This document shows, in pieces, positions 47,850 to 57,150 of a DNA stretch of 64,000 nucleotides. A program made the position numbers and the translations under genes. Under the pieces are notes generated by a model that was given only the letters and a program-made list of their open reading frames with translations, did no database searches and was not told where the DNA came from. The stretch spans positions 11,445 through 75,444 of the forward strand of contig WGLT01000008.1 in assembly GCA_016125425.1 (NCBI GenBank), written 5' to 3'. The stretch comes from Alphaproteobacteria bacterium. Its GTDB lineage: Bacteria > Pseudomonadota > Alphaproteobacteria > Caulobacterales > Parvularculaceae. The stretch's first letter is position 1. Each line of letters starts with the position of its first letter.

Positions 47850-49036
47850 GCACGACTGCGCGCGAGACGAAACAGACGCCGCGGCTGGTTTCCTCCGAGG
47901 ACTCATGGAGCCTGCCGGCCTGGACCTATTCGGACCCCGACTTCATGGCGCTTGAGCGCGAAAAGATCTTCCTGCCTTCCTGGCAGCTTGTCTGTCACGA
48001 AGCCGATATTCCGGACACGGGCGATTATCAGACCTTCAAAATGTTCGGCGAGATCGCTTTCGTGGTGCGCGGCAAGGAAGGGGAAATACGCGCATTTCAC
48101 AATGTCTGCCGCCATCGCGCCGCCCGCCTGCTGGATGGAACGCACGGCAATTGCGGCCGCTCGATCGTCTGCCCCTATCATGCCTGGACCTATCAACTCG
48201 ACGGTCGGCTGACAGGCGTTCCCTATCTCGAGGACTATGAGAATTTCGATCGCGCCGATCACGGCCTGACGCCGATCGAGGTCGACACCTTCGCCGGTCT
48301 CGTCTTCATTCGCTTCAAGCCCGCCCTGCAAACGCTCGCCGAGTATATGGCGCCGGTGAAAGAAGAGATGGCGCTCTACAGAGTCTCGGAGATGAAGCCG
48401 ATCCGCGAGGTCGGCAGCCGCATCCGGGAAGTGAACTGGAAAAACGCGACCGACAATTATGTCGACGCGCTTCACATTCCGGTCGCGCATTGGGGTCTCA
48501 ACGGCCTTTTGGGCAAAAGCTATCGCCTGACCATCGATCGCGGCGTTCACAAGATCTTTTCAGAGCTCGAGACGGCGCGCATGCCGTCCATGTCGAACCG
48601 CGCCTATTGCAAATACGTGCCGCGCGTCGACCATCTGCCCGAAGAGCGCCAGCGCATGTGGACCTATTGGAAGCTCTGGCCGAGTCTCATGTTCGACGTC
48701 TATCCCGACCAGATCGACTTCATGCAGTTCATTCCGCTGACGCCGACGGTCTGCGTCTTGCGCGAGAGCGCCTATGCGCTCGACGACAACCGCCGCGAGA
48801 TGAAGGCGGCGCGCTATCTGAACATCCGCATCAATCGCAGCGTCAATCGCGAGGACAAGGACCTGATCGAGCGCGTGCAGGCGGGCATGGGCTCTTCGAG
48901 TTTCAAGTCGGGCCCTTTGGGCAAGAGCGAGATCTGCCTGCGCCATTTCGCGCAACAGATGCGCGAGACGATTCCTGTCGCGAGAAAGCGCGACAAGCCG
49001 TCGGCGGCGGAGATCGAAGCGGCCTTTTCGGCGTAA
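47846..49036 (+). CDS. Rieske [2Fe-2S] non-heme-iron oxygenase alpha subunit
   Basis: 396-aa ORF whose ATG overlaps the upstream stop (ATGA). Rieske CRHRAA...CPYHAWTY; mononuclear iron motif NYVDALHIPVAH. Confidence 0.9.
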   Translation: MSTTARETKQTPRLVSSEDSWSLPAWTYSDPDFMALEREKIFLPSWQLVCHEADIPDTGDYQTFKMFGEIAFVVRGKEGEIRAFHNVCRHRAARLLDGTHGNCGRSIVCPYHAWTYQLDGRLTGVPYLEDYENFDRADHGLTPIEVDTFAGLVFIRFKPALQTLAEYMAPVKEEMALYRVSEMKPIREVGSRIREVNWKNATDNYVDALHIPVAHWGLNGLLGKSYRLTIDRGVHKIFSELETARMPSMSNRAYCKYVPRVDHLPEERQRMWTYWKLWPSLMFDVYPDQIDFMQFIPLTPTVCVLRESAYALDDNRREMKAARYLNIRINRSVNREDKDLIERVQAGMGSSSFKSGPLGKSEICLRHFAQQMRETIPVARKRDKPSAAEIEAAFSA

Positions 49037-49076
49037 AACGGGCGGCCCCGCGCCCCGGAGCGACGGCGCCCTCCGC

Positions 49077-50594
49077 CTAGCCCTTGCCGATCGGGGCGGC
49101 GGCGGGATTATCCGCCCGCGCGCCGGCGTCAGCCGGATTCTCATAAACAATCGCGATGCGGAATATCCCGTAAATAATCGCGATTGTCGGATTGAGCAGG
49201 TTCAGAAAACAAAACGGCAGGTAAGAGAGCGTCGGCACGCCGAGCGTTCCCGCCATGAACACGCCGCAAGTCGTCCACGGCACGAGCGCCGATGTCATCG
49301 TGCCGGCGTCTTCGAGCGTGCGCGACAGATTGACCGGCGCCAGGCCGCGCTTTTCATATTCCTTGCGGTACATGCGGCCGGGAATGATGATCGACATATA
49401 TTGCGTGGCGGTCAGGATATTCATGGAGACCGCCGTGCCGACCGTCGCGGCGACGAGAGAAGCGGTCCCCTTCAGACGGCTGGCGAGCGGCGCGGTCAGG
49501 CGCGCGAGAAGGCCGGTCTCCTCCATCGCGGCGGCGAAAGAGAGCGCCGCGATCACCATCCAGACGATCGGCAGCATGCTCGCCATGCCGCCGCGAGACA
49601 AAAGCCGGTCGACGACGTCGTTCCCGAGATTTGACTGATAGCCCGACGAGATCGCCTGCCAGACGCCCTTGAGCAGGGCGAGCGGCGTCGAGAGGGCGTG
49701 GGCGGGATCGGCGAAGGCGACGACGATCTGCGGCTGGAAAAAGGCCGCGACAAGCCCGCCCAATATCGCCCCGGCCGCAATCGTCGGATAGGGAGGAAAG
49801 CGCGTCAGCGCCAGCGCGAAGACCGCGAAAAGGGGCAACAGCGCCGGCAGGCCGACATTGTAGGTCTCGGCGAGCAGCGCGCGCGTTTCTTCGATCGATG
49901 TCAGCGGCGCCGCGCTCGCGCCCTTTGAAAGCGAGATGACGCCGAACAAAATCGCCGCGATGATCAGCGCCGGGATTGTCGTCGTCAGCATGTGGCGCAC
50001 ATGCCGGAAAAGATTGACGCCCACGACCGCCGCCGCGAGATTGGTCGAATCCGAAAGCGGCGAGAGCTTGTCGCCGAAATAGGAGCCGGAAATCACCGCG
50101 CCGGCGGCGATCGGAACGGGCAGGCCCATCACCTGCGCGACGCCGACGAGGGCGAGCCCGACCGTGCCCGCCGTCGTCCAGGACGAGCCGATCGAGACAG
50201 AGACGACGGCGCAGATCAGCATCGCCGCGGGATAGAAGAAGGACGGATTCAACAGCCCGAGGCCGTAATAGATCATCGCCGCCGCCGTGCCGGACATCAT
50301 CCACGCGCCGATGAGCGCGCCGACGGCGAGAAGAATCATCGTCGCCGGGAGCGCGCGGGCGACGCCTTCGACAACGGCGGCTTCGAGCCGCTCCCAGCTC
50401 AGCCCGCGCCTCAGGCCGATGATGTTCGCCGCGCCGGCCGCGATGAGAAGAACGATTTGCGCCGGACCCGTCGCCGATAAATCGCCGAACAGGAAGACGG
50501 CGAGCCCCATGAAAACAATCAAGACAGCAAGCGGGATAAGCGCGACGAAATAGGAGATGGGTTTATCGCTCTTATCCAATGCCGCCGCTCCCAT
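49077..50594 (-). CDS. NhaC-family Na+/H+ antiporter-type transporter
   Basis: ORF 49077..50897 trimmed to ATG 50592-50594 (MGAAALDKSDKPISYFVALIPLAVLIVF...). Polytopic, NhaC-like throughout. Confidence 0.85.
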   Translation of the reverse strand: MGAAALDKSDKPISYFVALIPLAVLIVFMGLAVFLFGDLSATGPAQIVLLIAAGAANIIGLRRGLSWERLEAAVVEGVARALPATMILLAVGALIGAWMMSGTAAAMIYYGLGLLNPSFFYPAAMLICAVVSVSIGSSWTTAGTVGLALVGVAQVMGLPVPIAAGAVISGSYFGDKLSPLSDSTNLAAAVVGVNLFRHVRHMLTTTIPALIIAAILFGVISLSKGASAAPLTSIEETRALLAETYNVGLPALLPLFAVFALALTRFPPYPTIAAGAILGGLVAAFFQPQIVVAFADPAHALSTPLALLKGVWQAISSGYQSNLGNDVVDRLLSRGGMASMLPIVWMVIAALSFAAAMEETGLLARLTAPLASRLKGTASLVAATVGTAVSMNILTATQYMSIIIPGRMYRKEYEKRGLAPVNLSRTLEDAGTMTSALVPWTTCGVFMAGTLGVPTLSYLPFCFLNLLNPTIAIIYGIFRIAIVYENPADAGARADNPAAAPIGKG

Positions 50595-50658
50595 ATATAT
50601 GTCGCTGAATTTCGGACGCCGTCGGCGTTTGCTTCTTCGACCGGCTCCAACCGCCGCT

Positions 50659-53202
50659 TTACCGCCGCTTCTCGAATATCTTCCGGGCGCGGGCGATATG
50701 ATCGAGGACCGCCGCGCGCTCCGCGTCCGAATTGTAGTCCTTGCTCGCTTCGGCTGTTTCTTTGAGACGATCCATCCATTTGATGAAAAAGTCGGCGTCA
50801 TCGCGCGAGCGGACCGGATCGCCGCCGGCGACGACATAGATCGGACTCGTCGTCGCATAAGGATAAAGATCGAAAACGAGGGGCGATGCGTGATCATTGA
50901 CGGCGCGCAGGAGCACCCAGGCGCTGCCCGGGACGGTGATTTCGCCTTCGGCGTCGACGCGCCGGCCGCCTTGCGTCGTCGGCAAAGTCGCCGCGACTTC
51001 GCCGTTCACAACGATCTCGACGCGGTCGACGCCGACAATCGAGCGCATCGCCGCTTTATAATGCAGATTGTGGGCGCCTTTCTTGACGCGGATTTCGTCG
51101 CCGGGCGACTTGCCTTCGACGGAAAGACTGAGAAGCGGCCCATTGGTCGCAAAGCTCTTGCCGGCCTTGAGACCTTTGAGCCAGGCGCGCTCACGCGTTT
51201 CCGGATCGCCCTTCCATGAGCCCACATCGACAAAGGTGCGGTTCATGCCCGCCGGGCCCCTGAGCGAGGCGAAATTCGTCATCGCATCGGTCGCGCCCGC
51301 CGCCGGCAGGCGGAAACCGCAATTCAGAAGGCGATACCAGATCTTCGATGTTTCCTTGTGGTCGGAAAAGCCCAACGCCTCGACGTAATCGATCTTGTCG
51401 AGCGCGACGTCTTCCGGAAGCGCGTGTTTGACGGCCTTGTCGCGGAAAGGATCGGGCGCGGTGTCGTAAGGATGGACATAGCCGACTAGCGCCGACTGCT
51501 CATGCGCCAGATCGGCGACAGCGGCGTTGTCGGGATAGAGACTGGCGGCGGGGCTACGCGGATAGCCGGCATAATCCATCATCAGCACGTGATCGTTGAG
51601 GCCGATGAGTCCGAGATGGCCCCAGACGCTGGTGTGAAATTCCTGCGATTCGGCGAGCACGGCCTTTCCGTCCTCGCTCGCAATCGGCGTCGGCGTGAAA
51701 TAGCCGATATCGGGAATGCGCTGCTCTTTGTTGACGATAAGATTGAAGATGAGACCGAGATCCTCCGCCTCTTCCTGCTTCAGGAGCTTTTCCGGCGTCA
51801 TCCGATAGGCGCCGCCATAATTCATATGGACATGCGGATCGGCGCTGACCCAGCCTTTAAAAATTCCTTCCGGGTCGAGGGAACGCAGCGTGATGTCGAC
51901 ATGGGCTTCGCCTTTGCCGACCGTCACTTTTTGCGTTTCGACCGCATGCGTGAGGCCGAGCCAGACAGTGACCGTCGCCTCGCCCTGCGGCAAAACAACC
52001 TCCCCTGATCCGTCCGTATGGAAATAATGCGTTTCGAACTTCTGCAAGGACCGATCAAAACCGTCATCGGCGTGCATCATGGCGCCGTCCGGCGCATAGG
52101 CGCGCCCGTCCGCGCCGAGAATCGAAACGCGCGCAGGCGAGAGCTTGCCGTCCGCGTCGCGTATGGCGAATTCGAGCCGCCCCATGGGCGCGCGATATGC
52201 GCGCGAGGAGACGACGAGCGGCGTCCTCTTTCCGCCGATCACATCCTGAATGACGATGTGATTGGTTCCGCCCTCATTCGAAATATAGGCGATGCGCTTT
52301 GCGTCGGGCGACCAGCGAGGACTTTTCACGTCGAAATCGCCGTAGGAATAAGCGAGCGGATAGCCGTCGCCGTCGGCCATGGCGAGCCAGAGCTGTCCCC
52401 ATTGCCGTCGCGCGAAAGACGAATAGGCGACGCGTCTGCCGTCCGGCGACCAGTCGGGGCGCGCGCGCCAGGCTGTTTCCTCCTCCTGCACGAGCATCGC
52501 CGGTTTTGACAGGTCGAGCGGGCGCCGGAAGAGCGAACCCGACCCGTAATCGATTTCCGGATTCGTCACATAGATCAGCGACTTTCCGTCCGGCGACCAT
52601 GTCGGACTGATTTCGTGGTCGATCTCGCTGTAATAATAGCGATAGTGCTCGCTCACGCGCTCCGGCAGCCAGCGATGATGCGTCCAGCCCGCCTTCGTTT
52701 TTTCAGCGATCGCGATGTGGAATTTGCCTGTGTCCTCCGTCGTGACGAACGCGATTTTCGTGCCGTCCGGCGACCAGCGCGGTTCGGTGTTGACGTCGCC
52801 GCCATTCGTCAGCTTGCTGATCTTGCCGGATTTGAGATCGAGGAAACAGATTTCGATCGCGTTCCCGTCATAGCGCGAAAAGACGATCGTCTTTCCGTCC
52901 GGCGACCAGTCCGGCTGATAATCATAAAACGGACCGCTTGTGAGTTCTTCGGCGCGCGTCGAACCGACTTTTTGCCGCCACAGCCTGCCCGCGGCCGAGT
53001 AAACGAGTTCATGGCCCTTCGGCGACCAGGCGAGCGAAGACGGTCCCATCGTCAATTGGGGAATATACATCTCGCGCCAGTAATAGGGGTGCGGAACGCT
53101 GACCTGTTTCAAGACCGGTTCGCGTTCGGCGCGGGCGGCGTCTGGCGCGCCGAACGTCATCGCTGCGCAGAGCGAAAGAATGATGATCGAAGTGATCCGC
53201 AC
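50659..53202 (-). CDS. periplasmic TolB-like beta-propeller fused to a PHP-like (CehA/McbA-type) metal hydrolase domain
   Basis: 847-aa ORF, GTG start after an AGGAGG SD, signal peptide. Repeated PD40/WD40-like blades (WSPDGKTIVF, WSPDGTKIAF, WSPDGKSLIY, WSPDGRRVAY, WSPDAKRIAY). C-terminal His-rich motifs DPHVHMNYG, EFHTSVWGHLG, GYVHPY, GATDAM. The domain name is my inference. Confidence 0.8.
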   Translation of the reverse strand: MRITSIIILSLCAAMTFGAPDAARAEREPVLKQVSVPHPYYWREMYIPQLTMGPSSLAWSPKGHELVYSAAGRLWRQKVGSTRAEELTSGPFYDYQPDWSPDGKTIVFSRYDGNAIEICFLDLKSGKISKLTNGGDVNTEPRWSPDGTKIAFVTTEDTGKFHIAIAEKTKAGWTHHRWLPERVSEHYRYYYSEIDHEISPTWSPDGKSLIYVTNPEIDYGSGSLFRRPLDLSKPAMLVQEEETAWRARPDWSPDGRRVAYSSFARRQWGQLWLAMADGDGYPLAYSYGDFDVKSPRWSPDAKRIAYISNEGGTNHIVIQDVIGGKRTPLVVSSRAYRAPMGRLEFAIRDADGKLSPARVSILGADGRAYAPDGAMMHADDGFDRSLQKFETHYFHTDGSGEVVLPQGEATVTVWLGLTHAVETQKVTVGKGEAHVDITLRSLDPEGIFKGWVSADPHVHMNYGGAYRMTPEKLLKQEEAEDLGLIFNLIVNKEQRIPDIGYFTPTPIASEDGKAVLAESQEFHTSVWGHLGLIGLNDHVLMMDYAGYPRSPAASLYPDNAAVADLAHEQSALVGYVHPYDTAPDPFRDKAVKHALPEDVALDKIDYVEALGFSDHKETSKIWYRLLNCGFRLPAAGATDAMTNFASLRGPAGMNRTFVDVGSWKGDPETRERAWLKGLKAGKSFATNGPLLSLSVEGKSPGDEIRVKKGAHNLHYKAAMRSIVGVDRVEIVVNGEVAATLPTTQGGRRVDAEGEITVPGSAWVLLRAVNDHASPLVFDLYPYATTSPIYVVAGGDPVRSRDDADFFIKWMDRLKETAEASKDYNSDAERAAVLDHIARARKIFEKRR

Positions 53203-53214
53203 GGCGAGATCCTC

Positions 53215-53697
53215 CTATTGCTTGCCCGCCTTCTCAAAGGCTTCGCCTTCAAGCACGTAAATCCGGTCGCTTTTGGCCTCTGTGAAGCCGATGCGTTCAT
53301 AAAAGCGCGCGCCCCGGGCGTTTGCGGCGTCGACCGCGAGCTTGATGTAAACGGCGCCGTTTTCGGCCGCGCGCGCCGCGACCGCGCCGACCAGCTTTTC
53401 CCCGACGCCGGCGCTGCGCCAGGCGTCTTCGACGAACAGGTCCTGAATATAAAGTCCGCGCTTTGCGCGCCAGGTTGAGAACTCCGGAAAGTACAGCGCA
53501 AAGCCGATCGGCTTTCCTGCGGCTTCGGCGATCACGACGCGAAAATCGGGCGCGGCGCCGAAGCCGTGTTTTTCGATCGTCTGCGCCGTGCTCTTGGACG
53601 CGCCCGGCGTTCCTAATGCGCGCGCGAGCCCGTCCAGCATCGCGCTGATCGCGGCGGCGTCCTCAATTCTGGCGTCGCGAAGAGTGATGTCTGTCAT
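53215..53697 (-). CDS. GNAT-family N-acetyltransferase (diamine/SSAT-like)
   Basis: 160-aa ORF. YFPEFSTWRAKRGLYIQDLFVEDAWRSAGVGEKL resembles the spermidine/spermine-type acetyl-CoA site (from memory). Confidence 0.8.
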   Translation of the reverse strand: MTDITLRDARIEDAAAISAMLDGLARALGTPGASKSTAQTIEKHGFGAAPDFRVVIAEAAGKPIGFALYFPEFSTWRAKRGLYIQDLFVEDAWRSAGVGEKLVGAVAARAAENGAVYIKLAVDAANARGARFYERIGFTEAKSDRIYVLEGEAFEKAGKQ

Positions 53698-53701
53698 CGT
53701 C

Positions 53702-54664
53702 TCAAAACTCGACGGCGTGCGCCCCCTTCAGAGCGAGCCTTTGGCGCGCCTCGGCCGGAGTCGCCACGCCGAGACCCAGCTCTTCGATGATGCGGCGGAT
53801 CTTGCCGACCTGCTCGGCGTTGGATTTGGCGAGCTCGCCGGGCGCGATCGTCAAATTGTCTTCAAGACCGACGCGCACATTGCCTCCCATGATCGCCCCC
53901 ATCGTCGCCATCGATATCTGCTTTCCTCCGGCGGCGAGCACGGAAAAGTCATACGCGTCGCCCAACACGCGGTCCGCCGTCGCTTTCATATGGACAAGCG
54001 TATCGGGATGGGCGCCCGCCCCCCCGAGAACGCCGAGCACGAACTGCACATAGACCGGCGGCTTGACGAGACCGCGCTTGAGATAGAATCCAAGCGTTTC
54101 GATCTGCCCGACATCATAACACTCGAATTCAAAGCGCGCCCCGCCCCTGTCGCCGACATCTTCGAGGATCGTCTCGATATCTTCAAATGTGTTCTGAAAG
54201 ACAGTCCGGCGCGTCGCTTCGAGCAGCGCGGGCTCCCAATTATGCTTCCACGAGGCGTATTTATCGAGCATCGGAAAGGTGCCGAAATTCATCGACCCCA
54301 TATTCAGCGAACACATTTCGGGCTTGAGCGCGCGCGCGGGCGCAAGGCGGGTCTCGAGCGACATGACGGAGCTGCCGCCCGTCGAGATATTGACGACCGC
54401 GTCGGTTTTTTGGGCGATCGCCGGCAGAAAGGCCCGGAAATGGTCCGGATCAGCGCTGGGCGCGCCCGTTTCCGGATCGCGCGCATGAAGGTGGATGATG
54501 GCCGCGCCGGCTTCGGCGGCGCCGATCGAGGCCTCGGCGATTTCCTCCGCCGTCACCGGCAAGTGCGGGCTCATGGTGGGCGTGTGGATGGAGCCCGTCA
54601 CCGCGCAGGTGATGATGACATTGCGCCGGCCGGCGGGCGGATTGGAGGGCCCGTTCACTTTCAT
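53702..54664 (-). CDS. BKACE/DUF849-family beta-keto acid cleavage enzyme (3-keto-5-aminohexanoate cleavage enzyme-like)
   Basis: ORF 53702..54718 trimmed to ATG 54662-54664 (MKVNGPSNPPAGRRNVIITCAVTGSIHTPTMSPHLPVTAEEIA...IIHLHARDPETG). TIM-barrel BKACE signature. Confidence 0.85.
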   Translation of the reverse strand: MKVNGPSNPPAGRRNVIITCAVTGSIHTPTMSPHLPVTAEEIAEASIGAAEAGAAIIHLHARDPETGAPSADPDHFRAFLPAIAQKTDAVVNISTGGSSVMSLETRLAPARALKPEMCSLNMGSMNFGTFPMLDKYASWKHNWEPALLEATRRTVFQNTFEDIETILEDVGDRGGARFEFECYDVGQIETLGFYLKRGLVKPPVYVQFVLGVLGGAGAHPDTLVHMKATADRVLGDAYDFSVLAAGGKQISMATMGAIMGGNVRVGLEDNLTIAPGELAKSNAEQVGKIRRIIEELGLGVATPAEARQRLALKGAHAVEF

Positions 54665-54717
54665 ACTGACTTTCCCCGTCTGTCGGTTCATTCTGTATGT
54701 GGATGCTTGCCAAAGCA

Positions 54718-54730
54718 ATCATAGTCTGAT
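54718..54730. promoter_or_regulatory. candidate LysR-type dyad in the BKACE/LysR divergent gap
   Basis: ATCATAGTCTGAT (ATC-N7-GAT, T-N11-A-like) within the 77-nt divergent intergenic region. Confidence 0.3.
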
Positions 54731-54741
54731 GGAATGATTTC

Positions 54742-55773
54742 ATGGCGACGAGGAAGGAAAGCGACGTGCGCACTGAGACCGGCGGACCGGGGCTCGCCCG
54801 CCGTTTGGACTGGAACCTGCTGCGCTGTTTTTATGTGCTGATGCAGGAAAAGAGCTTCACGGAGGCCGCCCAGAAGCTCGACCTCAAACAGCCGACGGTG
54901 AGCAACGCCCTGCGCCGGCTCGAAGAGACATTGGGCCGGCGGCTGATCGATCGGGGCCCCAGGACCTTCGAGCCGACCGTTTACGGCGAAGCCCTGTTCC
55001 GACAGGTCGAACAGATTTTCGGCTCGATCGACCGGCTGTCCGCGATCATGGAGGAAGAGGGCGGCGCCGTCTCCGGGCGGGTCGCCATCGCCATGGCGAC
55101 GCATGTGATGAGCCCGCTCATCGACGGCGTGCTCGCCGACTTTCGCGCGCGCCACCCGAAAGCGTCCATCGCGATCACTGTTTCGAGCAGCCGAAACGTG
55201 GTCGAATCGGTGCGCGCCAGGAAATGCGCGCTAGGGGTCTGCCTTGTCCGCGACAAGACGCCTGATCTTCAGTATACGCATCTGTTTCGCGAGCATTTCG
55301 GGTTTTTCTGCGGGCCGCCGCATCGCCTCTTCGGCGCGGAGGGACTCAGCCTTGAAGACCTGCGCGGCGAACCGGCCGTGTCGTTCGATACAGACCAGGT
55401 GAATGACGTATTGCAGCCGGTCGCGCTCTTGCGCGAACAGGCTGCGCTCGATCCGAACCCGGCCGGCGTTTCGAATAATCTCGAGGAGGTGCGCCGCATG
55501 GTCGTCGCCGGCCTCGGGGTCGCGCCGCTCCCGATTCACGTCGTCGAACGCGACGTGAAGGACGGACTTCTCTGGCGTCTGCCGCCTTATGACGATCCGC
55601 CCGCCATCGATCTCTATGTCGTCGCCAATCCGGAGACGCAACTCAACCGCGCAGAACTGGAATTCAAACGCATGCTTCTGGAACGCATTACGGCGACGCC
55701 GCTCGCCGAACGCATCTACGCCGCAAAAGCCGACGAGTCCGGCGCGCGCCGCCGCGCGGCGAGGCGCCCATGA
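54742..55773 (+). CDS. LysR-family transcriptional regulator
   Basis: 343-aa ORF. wHTH LRCFYVLMQEKSFTEAAQKLDLKQPTVSNALRRLEETLGRRLIDR. Divergent from the BKACE gene (77-nt gap). Confidence 0.9.
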   Translation: MATRKESDVRTETGGPGLARRLDWNLLRCFYVLMQEKSFTEAAQKLDLKQPTVSNALRRLEETLGRRLIDRGPRTFEPTVYGEALFRQVEQIFGSIDRLSAIMEEEGGAVSGRVAIAMATHVMSPLIDGVLADFRARHPKASIAITVSSSRNVVESVRARKCALGVCLVRDKTPDLQYTHLFREHFGFFCGPPHRLFGAEGLSLEDLRGEPAVSFDTDQVNDVLQPVALLREQAALDPNPAGVSNNLEEVRRMVVAGLGVAPLPIHVVERDVKDGLLWRLPPYDDPPAIDLYVVANPETQLNRAELEFKRMLLERITATPLAERIYAAKADESGARRRAARRP

Positions 55774-57143
55774 CCGCGCGCGATATCTTCGACTGGTCGC
55801 CCTCCGAACCGTCGCGCCTCTTCTACCAGACTCGCCTTCGCCGGCCGCTGCTCGACCGGGCGGAGGGCGTTTACATGTGGGACAGGCAAGGCAAACGCTA
55901 TCTCGACGGTTCGAGCGGCGCCATGGTCTCGAATATCGGTCACTCCAATCCCCGCGTTCTTGCGGCCATGGCCGAACAAATGGCGCGTTCGACTTTCGGC
56001 TATCGCCTGCATTTCGAGACGGAGCCCGCCGAGCGTCTCGCCGCCGCAATCGCCAATCTCTGCCCCGACCGACTGGACAGAGTGTTTTTCGTCTCCGGCG
56101 GATCGGAGGCGACGGAAAGCTGCATCAAGCTCGCGCGCCAATATGCGCTCGCCAAGGGCGAGCCGAAGCGGACGAAAGTGATTTCACGATTTCCTTCCTA
56201 TCACGGATCGACCCTGGGCGCGCTCGCCATCACGGGCTATGACCCGCTGACGCAGCCATTCGCGCCGATGATGCGGGAGATGCCGAAGATCCCCGCGCCG
56301 CGCGCTTATCTCGACCGGGACAATCTGTCTGACGAAGAGCGCGGGCTGCGCTACGCCGATATGCTCAAGGAAAAGATCGAGGAGATCGGACCGGAAACCG
56401 CCCTCGCCTTCATCATGGAGCCGGTCGGCGGCGCCTCGACCGGCGCGCTCGTCGCGCCGGACAGCTATTTCCAGCGCATCCGCGACATCTGCGACGAATA
56501 CGGCGTTCTCTTGATCTATGACGAAGTGATGTCCGGCGCCGGACGCACGGGCAAATTCCTCGCCGCCGAACATTGGGGACAAAGCCCGGATATCGTCGCG
56601 CTCGCCAAGGGATTGGGCGCCGGCTATGTCCCTCTGGGCGCCATGGTCGCGCGCTCGGACATCGCCGAGGCCGTCATCGACGCAGGCGGTTTCCAGCACG
56701 GCTATACTTACGCCGGCAATCCGATCGCCTGCGCCGCGGGACTCGCCGTATTACGCGAAATCATCGAACGCGACTTGATGCGGAACGCGGCGGCGAAAGG
56801 CGCCGACATCATGGAGCGCCTTAAGGCGCTCCAGACGCGCTTTCCTTTCATCGGCGATGTGCGGGGAAAAGGCCTTCTCATCGCATTCGAGCTGGTCGCC
56901 GACCGGGAAACCATGACGCCCTTCCCGGCGCCGCTCAATCTATTCCTGCGCCTGGTCGATCTCGCCTATGAGCGCGGCCTCATCATCTATTCCCGCAGAA
57001 CGCGCGGAGGGACGCAAGGCGACCATTTCCTCGTCTGCCCGCCGCTGATCGTCGAAGACAGCCATATCGACGAAATTCTGCAAAAGCTCGAGTCAAGCCT
57101 CGGCGCTCTCGCCGCCGAATTCGATTTGCCCGTCGCAGCGTAG
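55770..57143 (+). CDS. class III (omega-) aminotransferase
   Basis: 457-aa ORF whose ATG overlaps the LysR stop (ATGA). SGGSEATESCIKLAR, LLIYDEVMSGAGRTGK, ALAKGLGAGYVPLG (PLP Lys region). Confidence 0.9.
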   Translation: MTARDIFDWSPSEPSRLFYQTRLRRPLLDRAEGVYMWDRQGKRYLDGSSGAMVSNIGHSNPRVLAAMAEQMARSTFGYRLHFETEPAERLAAAIANLCPDRLDRVFFVSGGSEATESCIKLARQYALAKGEPKRTKVISRFPSYHGSTLGALAITGYDPLTQPFAPMMREMPKIPAPRAYLDRDNLSDEERGLRYADMLKEKIEEIGPETALAFIMEPVGGASTGALVAPDSYFQRIRDICDEYGVLLIYDEVMSGAGRTGKFLAAEHWGQSPDIVALAKGLGAGYVPLGAMVARSDIAEAVIDAGGFQHGYTYAGNPIACAAGLAVLREIIERDLMRNAAAKGADIMERLKALQTRFPFIGDVRGKGLLIAFELVADRETMTPFPAPLNLFLRLVDLAYERGLIIYSRRTRGGTQGDHFLVCPPLIVEDSHIDEILQKLESSLGALAAEFDLPVAA

Positions 57144-57150
57144 CGCATCC

